A stretch of DNA of 63,911 bases, counting the filler, from Octopus bimaculoides (taxonomy: Eukaryota): NCBI RefSeq assembly GCF_001194135.2. It is 6 parts of 6 records of this genome, joined end to end, with 100 filler letters (N's around TTAATTAATTAA, not from the genome) between each part and the next. Parts side by side here need not be neighbours in the genome. Positions count along the whole stretch, not along the records: positions 1 to 25,383 come from NC_068983.1; 5 more parts are not named here. One strand, 5' to 3'. Under the pieces are notes generated by a model. The model had not been told where the DNA came from and ran no database searches. It saw only the letters and a list, made by a program, of their open reading frames with translations. A program made the position numbers and the translations under genes. Positions 1 through 12,945 of this stretch are shown piece after piece (position 1 is the stretch's first letter; every line of letters begins with the position of its first letter).

Positions 1-387
1 TGGTGAAGTCGATTTCACTTGAAAAGCGAATACACAAAAATGTCAAAATAATGAGTGAAGCTTTTTGCCGTTGCTACGTCAATACCGGAAGTTGACATTG
101 CATCACAAGTATGTAAGCATTTGGTACAAAAACATCAAAATAGAGAGTGAAGCTTTTTGCCGTTGTTACGTCAATACCGGAAGTTGACATTGAGGAACCT
201 TTTTAAAGAAGTGAATCATAAATATAAAGCAATATTATTTATTTTTAATAAAAAAAAATCGAATGAAGAGCCTAACATTTATCCGAGGTCAAATTATTCA
301 TGCATCACAAGTATGGAAGTATTTGGTGAAGTCGATTTCACGTGAAAAGCGAATACACAGACATCTCTATTTTATATATTAGAAGAT
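1..387 (-). mobile_element. Possible non-autonomous Helitron-like element end with internal direct repeats
   Basis: The minus strand begins A|TCTTCTAATATATAAAATAGAGATGTCTGTG, like a Helitron 5' end. Internal repeats: 1-35 ~ 325-359, 37-100 ~ 129-192, 101-125 ~ 303-327. The family assignment is inference. Confidence 0.4.
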
Positions 388-777
388 AAAATATACCACA
401 CAGACTAAATATAGGATATCTATTACCATATCGTTTATATGAACCGAGATTGAACTGCTTAGCTTCGTGTATATGTAACCGCAACACAGTCCCTAGCGTG
501 TATTTCAGTGTATCAGCTTAATATATCACCCGCACCTCGATAGAACGCTCGAAAACGGTTGGAGTATTTCACCCTATTTCTTTAAGACTATTATTAATTT
601 TCGGTGATTTATAAAATAGACTGCTTCATTCCTTGATCTTTCATGATCGATTTATGGATCGGTCACTTTTATATACTGTGTGGTTAAACAAGTAACTACC
701 TTGAGGCGAACAGCGGCTGATGAGATGAATAGTCACCGAAACATGTCGATATCAGGCAAAAGACATTTGGAAAAATA

Positions 778-1165
778 CTCTTTTACTTGTTTCAGTTATT
801 TCACTGCAGCCATGCTGGAGCACTGCCTTTAGTCGAACAAATCAACCCAAGGGCTTATTCTCTATAAGCTTAGTACTTATTCTATCGGAATTTTTTGCCA
901 AACTGCTAAGTTACGGGGACGTAAACTCTCCAACACCGGTTGTCAAGCGATGGTGGGGCGAACAAACACACACACACACACGTATATATATATATATANN
1001 NNNNNNNNNNNNNNNNNNNNNNNNNNNNNNNNNNNNNNNNNNNNNNNNNNNNNNNNNNNNNNNNNNNNNNNNNNNNNNNNNNNNNNNNNNNNNNNNNNNN
1101 NNNNNNNNNNNNNNNNNNNNNNNNNNNNNNNNNNNNNNNNNNNNNNNNNNNNNNNNNNNNNNNNN

Positions 1166-1207
<42 letters not shown>

Positions 1208-1360
1208 GGCGAGCTTCTTTCAGTTTCCGTCTTCCAAATCCACTCACAAGGCTTTGGTCGGCCCAAGGCTATAGTAGAAGACACTTGCCCAAGATGCCAC
1301 GCAGTGGGACTGAACCCGGAACCATGTGGTTGGGAAGCAAGCTTCTTACCACACAGCCAC
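778..1360 (-). mobile_element. tRNA-derived SINE, family B (internal microsatellite and gap)
   Basis: Minus-strand head TGGCTGTGTGGTAAGAAGCTTGCTTCCCAACCACATGGTTCCGGGTTCAGTCCC has A/B-box-like motifs, followed by TTGGGCAAGTGTCTT. Similar copies lie at 26344, 32197 and 35298. Confidence 0.85.
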
Positions 1361-1810
1361 AAATATCCCATATTCTTTTTTATCTGGTTCATTTTTTTAA
1401 TATATATATATATTTTTTTTTTTCAACATCAATATACTCTAACGCTGCCTGTCGTCGCCTTGGTTCTTCTGGTCAGATTTCGGTCATAGTTCATTCTGGT
1501 CTTCTACAAGACCTTGTCATATTCAGCAGTAGTCTCAGAATTGTACACCCACCCAACCCTTTGTTAGATCCCAGGGGCAGGGGTGAAGTGGATAGTTCTT
1601 GTTCCATTGACCAAGGCAAGATTATTCTACCATTAACTTTCTTTTACATGCGATGCCGCTTGCTCGACTCGCTGGAACCAGTGTACACACACATACATAT
1701 ATATTTATATATGCATGTATATCGTTCGAATGACCACCGAGAATGAATTCACACCTATCTCATTGAAGGTGACTTGGTGGGCGTGAGTTCAATTCAAGGA
1801 CCAATGATTC

Positions 1811-1841
<31 letters not shown>

Positions 1842-1946
1842 ATCCTGGTTGTATATTTATGAATATTTACACACGTGTGTGTTTTGTATATAAAAACACA
1901 CATTAATGCATACGCATATATGTACATGTGAAATTTAAAAAATTTT

Positions 1947-1985
<39 letters not shown>

Positions 1986-2234
1986 ATATATACATATATA
2001 AACAAATTTATAACATCTGCCATCTCCATACGAATGAGCGGGAGGGAGAGGTGAAGATAAAGGACTGTGCGTATGCATATGTGCACGTGCATGTATGTGC
2101 CTATATATGTATGTGTATATATGTATGTGTATATATGTGTGTGTGTGTGTGTATGTATGTGTATATGTATGGGTGTGTGTATGTGTGTATATTTGAGCGT
2201 GTGTGTGTATATATGTGTGTATATATATATATGA

Positions 2235-2272
<38 letters not shown>

Positions 2273-2650
2273 GTGTGTGTGAGAGAGAGAGAGACCTCGG
2301 TGCAGATGTTTAAGTAATCTCGATGGATGACTAGCAAGTCATAATGTTGACATTGTCAACTGCGACTGGTTTATGGCTTCGCTGAAATTTCTTTTATTAC
2401 AGTCAAACACTGCCGAACTATCGTATCTTATTCTCTTGTATATATATATATACATGTATGCATTTATACGTACACATGTATACGCATACATATATAGAAT
2501 AATATATATGCGTGAGTGTATATCTATATGTGTGTATGCGAGCGTGTACATTTGTATATATATATATTTATATGCATGTATATATAAATGCATGCGTGTA
2601 TGTCTATATGTATGCGTCTACATATGTGTGTGTATATATATGTGTATATA

Positions 2651-2704
<54 letters not shown>

Positions 2705-4930
2705 AACTCTGTGTGCGCATGTACAAACATATATACATAGATAGTTAGGAGAACAGTATTTAAACATGCAGCTTGATATGAGAAATGTGATCTCTCATCC
2801 ATTTTAACATGTTTTTTTGTTTTTTTATCCTGGGTTCGGAAGAGTTTCCTGTAATTTGTTTCGAGCTCTAAAGTTACTAAGTCCACCGTCATATTTCTAG
2901 ACTGTCGCTGTCTCGTCTTCAAAGTGGAGTGATGTTGGCGTGTAGAACCACTATGATTGGTGTAGCAATATGCTAGCGCCAGTCACATCGAAGTTGAATG
3001 TTATAATGAGACACCAATAGAAACTAATATCATTTCAACCGAGAGATAAGATTCAGAAGATTTAAATATCTTATTTTTCCAGGAAAAATTGGAAAATCTC
3101 TTGTGTAAAAAAATGGATAATAAAACCAGAATATGGACGTGATTTTAGTAAAGTGCACAGGAACAAAGAAAGAGAGAGAGAGAGAGCGGGGAATCTCATG
3201 TACACATATGCATGCATAGATACATGTGTATTTGCGTTAAGTGCGTCTGTGTGTGAGTGAGAGAGCGGGAAATTTACAGTGACTGCAGGGTTATCTGATA
3301 TATTTCACATATATTAGCATAAATTTGATTCTACATCCTTCTAACACAGTTATATTGAGCCCTTTTTGTGGTTCTACATCACCACACGTGATACAAAGGC
3401 GCGTGACTTAATGATCACTGAATCTCCCTGAGAACTACATCAAGAGTACGCGTGTCTGGGGGGGGTGCTCGTCCACTTGCACGTTAATTTTACGAGCAGG
3501 CTGTTCCGTTGATTGGATCAACTGGAGTACTTCAAATAACGCCATGAAAACAATATCCACGAGTGAGCTTGTGTAAAAGAGAGAGTGAGGGTAGGAGGAG
3601 AAGGAAAGAGAGACTGTTAGTATGTGTGTATATGTCCGCGTTCACTAACACGCACAAATGCACAGTATAGGACTTCGATAAATATTCACAGTCCAATGCG
3701 TAATACGAGTAAAAGACTGAAAGAATCAATCAAAAATAGATTTCGTCGTTTAGGTTCCGATTTCGAATCCTGTCAGTATGTCTTTATTGCTTTATTGTGT
3801 TTCTAAATTTCTTCTCTCACAGAACTCAAAACATTTTCGTTACATTGGTGGTGTATAGTAATCTATTCTTCTCCAATTGTTCTGTTAATCTTTTCTCATT
3901 TCTCTCCTCTCCCCGAATTCGTGCCTTACTTCTTTTTCCACTTCTTCATTTTGCACTTTTTCTTTTTTCTGCTTATATGTTTTACACTCCTCCACCTTCC
4001 TCACTAATTTTCTCCCACACAAAAAACAAAATTATGTACCAGTGTTGTATTGCATTTATTCTTTCTCTCACTTCTCTCCTCCTCCTCTCACTTCTCTCCC
4101 TAAACTTCCACGCCTTCTCCCTCTTTCGTTGTCTTCCAAACAATAGCATCTCACAACCTAACCCTAACCCTAACCCTTGCATATATTTCAATCACCCCCT
4201 CTCCATTCCTCTTGCCTTCCTTTTTCCGTACACTCTTGCCCTCTCCCGCCCCTCACTTTCACGCTTTTCTCACTCACACACGCAAACACTTCACGCCACT
4301 AAACTTGCACACCTCTATACACAGAAAGACATTCAGCACTTCCCCACTTGCGCTCACCTCAAAACACGGATGCGCTCCTATGCGTGCAAGCACACTTGTC
4401 TCCTCCTCCTTCTTAACTCCCCCCTTAGAACCGCATCCCTACTTGTCTTCCAACCCTCACTCATTTGTCTTTTTCTCCTTTTCAACCACTTTTCTTTTCT
4501 ACACTCCTTTTGTGCAATTCTGATGATAAAGGACTAACATCCAAAACGTTAAGACTCTTTTATTTCCTTTTAAACAGAAAACCGACACAATATCTGTTAA
4601 AACTTGCCCTTCCCGTGCTGTCTTTTCGTCTCTTTATTTTCTTTGCTAAAAACTAAAAACTCCGTATAGACTTTTTCCCATCCGTTGAGTTAACTTTAGG
4701 GGTGGAATTTGGTTCGATTGATAGCAACAGAGCGGACCCNNNNNNNNNNNNNNNNNNNNNNNNNNNNNNNNNNNNNNNNNNNNNNNNNNNNNNNNNNNNN
4801 NNNNNNNNNNNNNNNNNNNNNNNNNNNNNNNNNNNNNNNNNNNNNNNNNNNNNNNNNNNNNNNNNNNNNNNNNNNNNNNNNNNNNNNNNNNNNNNNNNNN
4901 NNNNNNNNNNNNNNNNNNNNNNNNNNNNNN

Positions 4931-4997
<67 letters not shown>

Positions 4998-5030
4998 AGC
5001 AAATATTGACTTCTTGCCTTTCTCTTTCAG

Positions 5031-5153
5031 ACGTCAATGAATGCGCCATAAACAACGGAGGTTGTGAACACAGATGTTCGAACACTATAGGTTCCTTCTA
5101 CTGTAAATGTCCACCTGGTTACCAAATTGGATCAGACGGCAAAGGTTGCATAG
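5031..5153 (+). CDS. MEGF6: EGF exon A (calcium-binding EGF) of a MEGF6-like multi-EGF gene
   Basis: ttctctttcag acceptor and G|gtaaca donor. 123 nt, phase 1-1, encoding (D)[40 protein letters not shown] with six Cys in EGF spacing and a C-x-N-x4-F-x-C motif. The exon is secure; the MEGF6 name rests on recalled similarity of the exon series. Confidence 0.92.
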
Positions 5154-6069
5154 GTAACAGTCAACCAATTTTTTTGTTTTTTTTTTGTTTGTTTGTTTGT
5201 TTTTGTTTTTTTTTAAATCTTGGGTGTTGATATTTTATTGGTAACAATGTGCAAAAGTATGACGATCTGGTTTCGCCTTACAAAATTGCTGTCGGAGGCC
5301 CAGAAAACAGCCAAGAAAAGATCTAAAAAGAAACTCTGTAGATCGCCCAATTAACTATTAATTAATAGATACTTAGATGGGACCGAGATTGGACCACTAC
5401 ACCTAGGGTAATTCTGGGTAATTTTTTTTTCTTTTAATTTTTCTTCAATCGGTTTATATGAAAAAAATTACAATTTTTTTTTTTTTAAGTGTGAATAAGA
5501 CCGACAACCAACAGTCGCAATCTCCAAATGTACCTCTTTATTCGCTTTCTCTTAGAAATTCATGAAATTTAGATTAAAAGGAAAAAATCTACTTTCTTAC
5601 CGTCAGCTATTTCCGGTCGCATTCAAACAGTTTCCTCCTGAATTTTAAAAGCTAAGCTTATCCCGTCTCTGTTATAACTGCTTTCTTGGTTACTTCGAGA
5701 GGTTTCTAACGGAGCTGATGGTGACTATGATTTATATGGTATGTCGGCATAATCAACCATTCAATATGAATGGCAGTGTTATATTATCAGGCGTCAAAGA
5801 CTAAGGTTGACTGTCTGACTGCAGAAGAAAATGTTCGATATGTTGTTTTATGACACTGTATACGATCGATGAGGTGAAACCAGCCCATATGCCATGCACT
5901 CGGGATTTGAAACCGTATCCGCTTGGTCATTATGATACCATATCAAAACATAAATAAAATTAAATGAAATAGAAACAGATATGTGAGGGTTCGATCTCGC
6001 CTCACGATAATTTGAAGAAATAAAGTTTACGTCTAAAGTTAAATCACACAACAGGACACAAATCAAGAG

Positions 6070-6375
6070 CAAGAGCACTCAGAGAGCGCAAACCTCCGCC
6101 GAGGCAACACCAACATCCTCTCAACGATTAGCCAGAGATGATTTTTAAAATGAGAAGATCTGAAATAAACTGAACTGATCTCACAAAGGAGAATACTAAA
6201 AATGAACCCGACTGCTCTAAAAAGTGAGTTAAAAGAAAGACAGGAAAAATAATCCAGAATCCTGAAAGTTTCATCCGAATCCATGCAGTGGTTCTTGAGA
6301 TATCGTGTCCACGGACAAACAAACAAATACGACTGAAAACAATACCTCCGCCTTCGCTAAGGCAGACGGAATAAT
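6070..6375 (-). mobile_element. Helentron/HINE-like non-autonomous element
   Basis: Minus strand: 5' hairpin TCCGTCTGCC-TTAGCGAA-GGCGGAGG, a TTTGTTTGTTTGTCC tract, subterminal GGCGGAGGT and a 3' hairpin GCGCTCTCTGAGTGC. This is DINE-1/HINE-type architecture. Confidence 0.55.
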
Positions 6376-8422
6376 GGACTGAAAGCTTCAATCGGAACGG
6401 TGTTTAGTGTTGCCGTCTTCGGAAATAGGAAGGATTTCAGCTGAGATATATAAGCTAATGAAACACTCGTCAATTATACAGTGAACCCTCTGATTATAGT
6501 AGTGAACCTCATTATTGTCTTAATGTTTACTGGTCTAAGCTAATTAGTTAGTCACAACTAATTATTTTTGACGCAGCCGAACACTAGAGATCGAACTTTT
6601 GACTCTTCTGTTTAGAAATTTCATTTACCATACGACTGGGTGTGTTTCGAAACTGGCTTCATTGTCTCAGAATAAAAATATAAATTGGAAGTAAAGTTAG
6701 TGACTCTTGTCTGTGTAAGTTAAGCCCTTTATTAGCTGTGACATGTCACATGTCACAACTCAGGGATTGTAATTTGTGTTTTCTGTCTGGAATCACATTC
6801 CACAAAGTAAAACTTCCAAAAAGCTGAGGTTACAACCAATTTTTGATTCCTGATTGTACCTTGTCCAATTACCTTACATCACTAAACGCTTTTGGAGAGG
6901 TATGAACGTCATCACATCATCCTCAAGCCACTAGCTTTCAGATGTAGAGGTCCACTCGTCCATAGAAAATTGTAGAAAATTGAAGAGGACAATTGAAGAA
7001 TAGTTTAGTTATGTAACGTTTTGTTTCCTTCGTGGTAGCTGCTCCATACACAAGGCTGTATTACGTGGGTGTAAATTTATTTCAGGACGTCGTAACGGTG
7101 AATGACAAACTATTTCGGAATCCCTGCCGTTAAGTAAATGCTCGCAGCTCTTTACAAACTCTGGTTGTTTTTGTTTCGAGAGACAATAATACAGTATTGC
7201 TATTGTGTTGCGTAAAATACTCGTAGTTGCGTCCAATAACCTTCAACCTCATTGAAACAAAACTCGAGACCGACTCTCAGAAATGGATACCAGAATTAGC
7301 AGCAGCAGTCAACGTTGTCTCTTAAATGTAAATTAGTTCCTTTCAGCTCTGCACAAGGGTCCGGTACTTTTACAGACAATTATTCGATATTTTTGGGAGC
7401 AGCTGCCCCAAATGATCTGAACATAATAAAATGGGTTGATTTTTAAATGAAAATCCCAATCCTATTGTAGTCTATGTGGATGGTCACTATTTCAATGTGA
7501 TATTTTGAATAGACACAGGAAATTATAAAGGAAGCCAGCCAGGATAATAAGGAAAAAACTTAACTTATTGATTGGGTAACTCTTTTGGAAGGAGCCAATC
7601 AACATGTCGTCTCAATTCTTAGAGAAACGTTGCCTTGTGTGTGTTTCTAATTTTGGCACAGGGTCAGCAATTTCGGAGAAGGGAGTAAGTTGATTACATT
7701 GAACCCAGCACGCAACAGGTACTTAATNNNNNNNNNNNNNNNNNNNNNNNNNNNNNNNNNNNNNNNNNNNNNNNNNNNNNNNNNNNNNNNNNNNNNNNNN
7801 NNNNNNNNNNNNNNNNNNNNNNNNNNNNNNNNNNNNNNNNNNNNNNNNNNNNNNNNNNNNNNNNNNNNNNNNNNNNNNNNNNNNNNNNNNNNNNNNNNNN
7901 NNNNNNNNNNNNNNNNNNNNNNNNNNNNNNNNNNNNNNNNNNNNNNNNNNNNNNNNNNNNNNNNNNNNNNNNNNNNNNNNNNNNNNNNNNNNNNNNNNNN
8001 NNNNNNNNNNNNNNNNNNNNNNNNNNNNNNNNNNNNNNNNNNNNNNNNNNNNNNNNNNNNNNNNNNNNNNNNNNNNNNNNNNNNNNNNNNNNNNNNNNNN
8101 NNNNNNNNNNNNNNNNNNNNNNNNNNNNNNNNNNNNNNNNNNNNNNNNNNNNNNNNNNNNNNNNNNNNNNNNNNNNNNNNNNNNNNNNNNNNNNNNNNNN
8201 NNNNNNNNNNNNNNNNNNNNNNNNNNNNNNNNNNNNNNNNNNNNNNNNNNNNNNNNNNNNNNNNNNNNNNNNNNNNNNNNNNNNNNNNNNNNNNNNNNNN
8301 NNNNNNNNNNNNNNNNNNNNNNNNNNNNNNNNNNNNNNNNNNNNNNNNNNNNNNNNNNNNNNNNNNNNNNNNNNNNNNNNNNNNNNNNNNNNNNNNNNNN
8401 NNNNNNNNNNNNNNNNNNNNNN

Positions 8423-8458
<36 letters not shown>

Positions 8459-10554
8459 TGGTATATACACTGGTGTCTGTGCAACTAGACCCATTTGTGT
8501 ATCATGGACACCGTTAGAAGGCATGATGCTGAGGAACTGTCTGAGATAAAATCTTTTCATAGACATGTTGAGTTAAAAACAGAGACTATATCGGAGCGAG
8601 ATTACCGTTATCGCTACAGTGACTCACAAGAACGACAGGTGCGTTTCGCCTTTGTTGAGGCTTTTCAATGACATGCACTCGATTGCCAACTGCTTTAACG
8701 AAACTTCTGCCTCTATAAATAGTTTCTCGTTAAAGGGAGCAAGAATTACTTAACTCTGAGTTTCTCACTATTCCAGCTTCGGGATTTCGCTTAATCAGAC
8801 GGATTATGAAATTCTCCGTTAAGGTCTTATTTATAGATGGGGTTCTTCACTCGGAAATCCATGTAGCAACATTACTGCCACACCCACATGTTAAACAAGA
8901 TTCCTGACTTAGATTGTCAGTACATATAAAATTAAATCTAGTCACGATGTTGGTGGCAATAGAGCAAAATATTTATTGAAAGTTGTGTCTAAGTGTGTCG
9001 CGACTCAAGTTTCATAGTTTCGCTTAATGAAACTAATTACGATGTTTGGAGTTTCCTTATTTATACTCGAGTTTTTCCCACCCTTTGAAAGGCTGTCCAC
9101 CGAAAATGCCACGCCCACTTGCAAAACAACTCCGTTAAATGTAAATATACATCAAATATGGGGATATTTTAGAAAGAAACTGTATGAACAAAAATAAAAG
9201 TAAAAATTATCTAAAAACTATAAAATATCTGCTGGGATTTCTTAAGCAGCGGAAACACGAAACTTGAGGAGCGACTCACTCCAACACTGCTTTGAATAAA
9301 TCTTGCGCGCGTGTGAGTGTGTGCATGTGCGTGTGTGTGTGTGTGTGTGTATCGGACAAGTGTGAAAGGCAATTTGGATGTAACAGATGTGTAAATAACA
9401 TATTTGGTGTTGTGTACGTTTTACACTTAGAATAAGCAGCTAGTTCGCATTCAGAGTACGCTGTACTGTTTTAAAAAGAGTACGCTGTACTGTTTTAAAA
9501 AGAGTACGCTTGATTATATATATANNNNNNNNNNNNNNNNNNNNNNNNNNNNNNNNNNNNNNNNNNNNNNNNNNNNNNNNNNNNNNNNNNNNNNNNNNNN
9601 NNNNNNNNNNNNNNNNNNNNNNNNNNNNNNNNNNNNNNNNNNNNNNNNNNNNNNNNNNNNNNNNNNNNNNNNNNNNNNNNNNNNNNNNNNNNNNNNNNNN
9701 NNNNNNNNNNNNNNNNNNNNNNNNNNNNNNNNNNNNNNNNNNNNNNNNNNNNNNNNNNNNNNNNNNNNNNNNNNNNNNNNNNNNNNNNNNNNNNNNNNNN
9801 NNNNNNNNNNNNNNNNNNNNNNNNNNNNNNNNNNNNNNNNNNNNNNNNNNNNNNNNNNNNNNNNNNNNNNNNNNNNNNNNNNNNNNNNNNNNNNNNNNNN
9901 NNNNNNNNNNNNNNNNNNNNNNNNNNNNNNNNNNNNNNNNNNNNNNNNNNNNNNNNNNNNNNNNNNNNNNNNNNNNNNNNNNNNNNNNNNNNNNNNNNNN
10001 NNNNNNNNNNNNNNNNNNNNNNNNNNNNNNNNNNNNNNNNNNNNNNNNNNNNNNNNNNNNNNNNNNNNNNNNNNNNNNNNNNNNNNNNNNNNNNNNNNNN
10101 NNNNNNNNNNNNNNNNNNNNNNNNNNNNNNNNNNNNNNNNNNNNNNNNNNNNNNNNNNNNNNNNNNGGGATGTAGTATGTGGGAATGGGTGTAAGGGATA
10201 GGGTGGGTGGGATGGGATGTATAGGGATGGTGGGCTAGAATGTGTAGGGGTGGGGTAACGAGGAAGGGGTGACGATAAAGGGAGAGGGAGGATGGGTAGG
10301 AGTAAAGAGAGGAAGTGTCAGAGCAAGAGAGGAGAGGTGCGTGGGAGGAAGTAGGTGTGAGAGGAGAGAAGAGGAGGATTAGATGAAGATGGGAAGGGAG
10401 TTGAGCTCATGTGGCGCAAAGGAGCGAAGAGAGAAGGTTAATCCCTGTTCACGGCGAAGACGGGAGTCCGGATGGCCCCCTGTGCAAGGACAAGCCGTCA
10501 CTTACAAGTGATTGTGACCTAGAACCTTGTAGTAGAGTTTCGCTATATCTTATG

Positions 10555-10760
10555 TGAAGTCCCGTGACTTAATATCTAGGGTCTTGGAGTCACGATCACA
10601 AGGTCGTGGGTTTCGATTCCTGGACCATTCAGGGCATTGTAACCATGAGCAAGGTATTTCATTTCCCATTGTTCCAGTCTACGTAGCTATAAATGCGCCC
10701 CAGCCAGGTGTCGCAGGGCCAAGCAAGTGGTTTGATTGCAACAAGCACCTAAAATAACAA
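10555..10760 (+). mobile_element. Degenerate tRNA/CORE-type SINE
   Basis: GGTTTCGATTCC B-box-like motif followed by the CORE-like CATTGTAACCATGAGCAAGGTATTTCATTTCCC. Confidence 0.6.
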
Positions 10761-10869
10761 ATCATATATACAGAGAGGAGGGGGTGTGAAAAGCAGACCA
10801 AGGGTCAGAAATAAACAAGACCGTTTTGAAAAAAGATCGATGCTAAATTTTTATTCATTTATTGAACAG

Positions 10870-10992
10870 ATATCGACGAATGTGGAATAAATAATGGTGG
10901 TTGCCAATACGAGTGCGTGAACACCCAGGGTGGATCTATTTGTCGATGTCCAGACGGTCAAACACTTAGTGATGACGAAAAAACATGTATTG
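10870..10992 (+). CDS. MEGF6: EGF exon B of the MEGF6-like gene (absent from the ORF track)
   Basis: ttgaacag acceptor and G|gtaagt donor. 123 nt, phase 1-1: (D)IDECGINNGGCQYECVNTQGGSICRCPDGQTLSDDEKTCI. Confidence 0.92.
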
Positions 10993-11032
10993 GTAAGTAA
11001 CTATTACTATTAATCTCTCCTACTACTACTGC

Positions 11033-11066
<34 letters not shown>

Positions 11067-12110
11067 TCAAATATAGCTTAAAATGACCACGATAGGACTC
11101 CAAATTTACATCCAAAGTAACACCAACTGGATGATGAGCTGGTAAGACAACACGACCAGAGTAAGAAGCTGCACTCAATCTCAAAGGAGGCGTATAAATA
11201 CAGACGAGAGCTTAACCTCCCTGACTATGATGATGATAAAGAAGACACACCACTCACCAAGGTAGCAAAAGAGTGTAAAACAAGCGCCAAACAGGGAAGC
11301 TTGAAGGAAATATCGAGACTGTGACAAGAAAACCCATTGCATGGATAATACTCCAAATGAGTAGGAGAAGCTGATGTAGATATGAGAANNNNNNNNNNAC
11401 TCCAAATGAGTAGGAGAAGCTGATGTAGATATGAGAACTCATCAGTGGCTGCAGAGTGTTGGTTTGAAAGCTGAAGCAGAAGGATTTATCCTAGTGGCAC
11501 AAGCTCAGTCTCCTCACCCGAAACTATCAAGCAAATGTCACGCACAAGGGGAAGACTGCGATGACAAACTTGAGAGTATTCACCACATTGTTGCTGTTCG
11601 CCCAGTCCTTGCCCCTACAGAATATAAAACCAAGCGTGATCGTGGTAACCAATATCAGCACTGGAACATATGCTGTTATTATGATATCCTGCCTTTTAAG
11701 AACTGGCATCTACAGCCAGTCACTGAGGCAGAAAATGCTACCATCCTATGAGATAAGCAAATAAATCGTAACAGACCAGACATCGTCATCAAAGTCGTAA
11801 GGGAAAACATGTCTGTTGATTAATGTGACGGTGCCTACTGGTAGAAACATCACGGCAAAACGATTTGAAAAACTATCGAAAGATAAGGACCTTGAGATTA
11901 AAATATCTAAGACGTGGCAATAAAAAAACCAAAACCTTCCCTGTTGTGGGTGCCCTGGGAATGATCAAGAAAGGTATGGACAAATCAACGAGCTACGAGA
12001 TTCAAAGGCTTGTGCTGACTTCAACCGCTCACATTCTCAGAAGTTTCTCTCCGTCTAATATATACGTTCATTAGGTCTCTGGTTGAAATCCGGTCGGAAC
12101 AGGAAATAGA
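11067..12110 (+). mobile_element. R4/Dong-like (REL-endonuclease) non-LTR retrotransposon, 5'-truncated and decayed
   Basis: Frameshifted peptides KPLHG, THQWLQSVGLKAEAEGFI, ESIHHIVA, NRPDIVIK, FEKLSK.KDLEI, PVVGALGMIKKG, TAHILR. Begins right after (AAT)n at 11033-11066. Confidence 0.85.
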
Positions 12111-12420
12111 ATGGAAATAAAATTGATGGATACTGCAACTTGGTGATGTATGTGTAATCTCTCGGAAAGGCAGTGTTGGCAATTGCAACAATAACACGTG
12201 ATCTTAGTTGACCAATACAGACCTAACATCTAGAAGCCATCTTGAACTTGGGTCATTTCCTGTTACTTGATCTACAAATGTCTGACGAGTTTAGTTCGTT
12301 TTACGAAGCGACCAAACTTTATGTTGCCTGGAACCGAGTCAAACTGTTAATATATAACTCCTACCAAATGTGTTGATTGCTACTTTCTTTCGTTTGTTCA
12401 CTCGTGTGTGTGTGCGTGTG

Positions 12421-12469
<49 letters not shown>

Positions 12470-12903
12470 ACTGTACACCAAGAAAGAAATCTTTGGCCGC
12501 TGCGTTTTATACTCTCACCTGCAAAATGTCGATTTAAAAAATCCATCAACTGAACAAAAATCAGATATTTTCCTCCCAAAAGTTAATCTGAGCTTTTCGT
12601 GTCTTTGTAAGTTTTAACCCCCAACAGGAAGTTTAGATTATGTCCCAGAACAGACTCAACGTACAAACAGCCGTAAATTTAATCTGGTCGAGGCATAAAA
12701 CTTCTCTAGATGAATGGAAACGCATACGCATGAGTGCCTGCGTCCCAATTGTTTTCAACACACACACACACACACATAAGGATGACTGTTCGTACCTGCA
12801 GATGAATCGATGAATATTTAAATAGATGGATGTAAACCTATATCTGTGGGGTGGATAGTAGGTAGGTAGGTAGGTAGGTAGATAGATAGATAGAGAGAGA
12901 GAG

Positions 12904-12945
<42 letters not shown>

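Noticed and set aside
4155-4177. (CCCTAA)~3.5 telomere-like repeat
   Set aside because: It is too short and sits in C/T-rich low-complexity sequence, so chance or slippage is a sufficient explanation.
9453-9510. 24-bp tandem repeat (AGAGTACGCTGTACTGTTTTAAAA x2.4), superficially CRISPR-like
   Set aside because: There are no spacers and no cas genes, and the context is eukaryotic. It is a simple tandem duplication next to a gap.
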